Assembly (NCBI RefSeq): GCF_964213995.1
Contig: NC_135829.1
Coordinates: 17,670,001-17,734,000, forward strand
DNA from: Mustelus asterias
Taxonomy: Eukaryota
Direction of reading: 5' to 3'
Length of the DNA: 64,000 nt
The position numbers were made by a program, and so were the translations under genes. The notes beneath the pieces were generated by a model. That model did not search any database. It had not been told where the DNA came from and saw only the letters and a list, made by a program, of their open reading frames with translations. Of this stretch, positions 63,696-64,000 are shown piece by piece. Position 1 is the first letter of the stretch, and the number at the start of each line of letters is the position of its first letter.

Positions 63696-64000
63696 GCTTT
63701 TGCTACCAAATAAACCTGTTGAACTTTAACCTGGTGTTGTGAGACTTCTTACAAAGGAGAGATACTGGAGGACAGCAAATGTGGTACCATTATTCAACAA
63801 GGGAGGTAGGAAAAATGCAAAAAATTACAGGTCAGGGAGTCTAACTTCAGTGGCAGGGAAACTGAGGGACTGAATTAATCTCCACTTGGGGAGGCAAGGA
63901 TTAATCAAGGATGGTCAGCATAGATTTGGCAAAGGGAGATCATGTCTTACAAATTTGATTGAATTTTTCGAAGAGGTGACAAGGTGTGTAGATGAAGGTA

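Larger units (their letters stand above)
61834..63751. mobile_element. Composite inverted Penelope insertion inside a CR1 fragment (about 61660-64000)
   Basis: Segments oriented -,+,-,+; TSD CAAAGGAGAGAT at 61822-61833 and 63752-63763. Confidence 0.9.

Noticed and set aside
1-64000. CRISPR arrays, operons or prokaryotic defence systems
   Set aside because: Sequence is eukaryotic, intron- and retroelement-rich; no repeat-spacer array present.

Overview
Repeat-rich vertebrate genomic DNA, most likely a cartilaginous fish (shark). The basis is the HE1-like tRNA-derived SINEs plus CR1, Rex1/Babar, L2, Tx1, Penelope, Gypsy, Harbinger and hAT elements. The only host gene content I can support is a minus-strand cluster of immunoglobulin-superfamily receptor genes that the ORF track fragments. 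I reconstructed by hand a complete 10-exon gene (48950->18197; all introns GT-AG and phase-compatible; 1653 nt = 550 aa). It encodes a signal peptide, an atypical 9-Cys Trp-less Ig-like domain, a V-set Ig domain with extra Cys, a duplicated Ser/Thr/Pro stalk, an uncharged TM helix, and a long tail with six Tyr (ITIM-like motifs and a terminal NPIYSKM). A paralogous leader exon with a shared ETS-type promoter motif (4367->4313) starts a second gene that runs off the left edge, and a possible decayed third copy lies between them. Two full-length Gypsy LTR elements (298-bp LTRs, 5-bp TSDs) sit antisense in introns. They lack a tRNA primer-binding site: the PBS position is instead complementary to their own LTR poly(A)-signal region. 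Four Penelope termini carry minimal hammerhead ribozyme motifs, and one Penelope insertion is a fold-back, multiply inverted structure. Family names come from motif recognition only, and no database search was possible. Repeat boundaries without TSDs are approximate.
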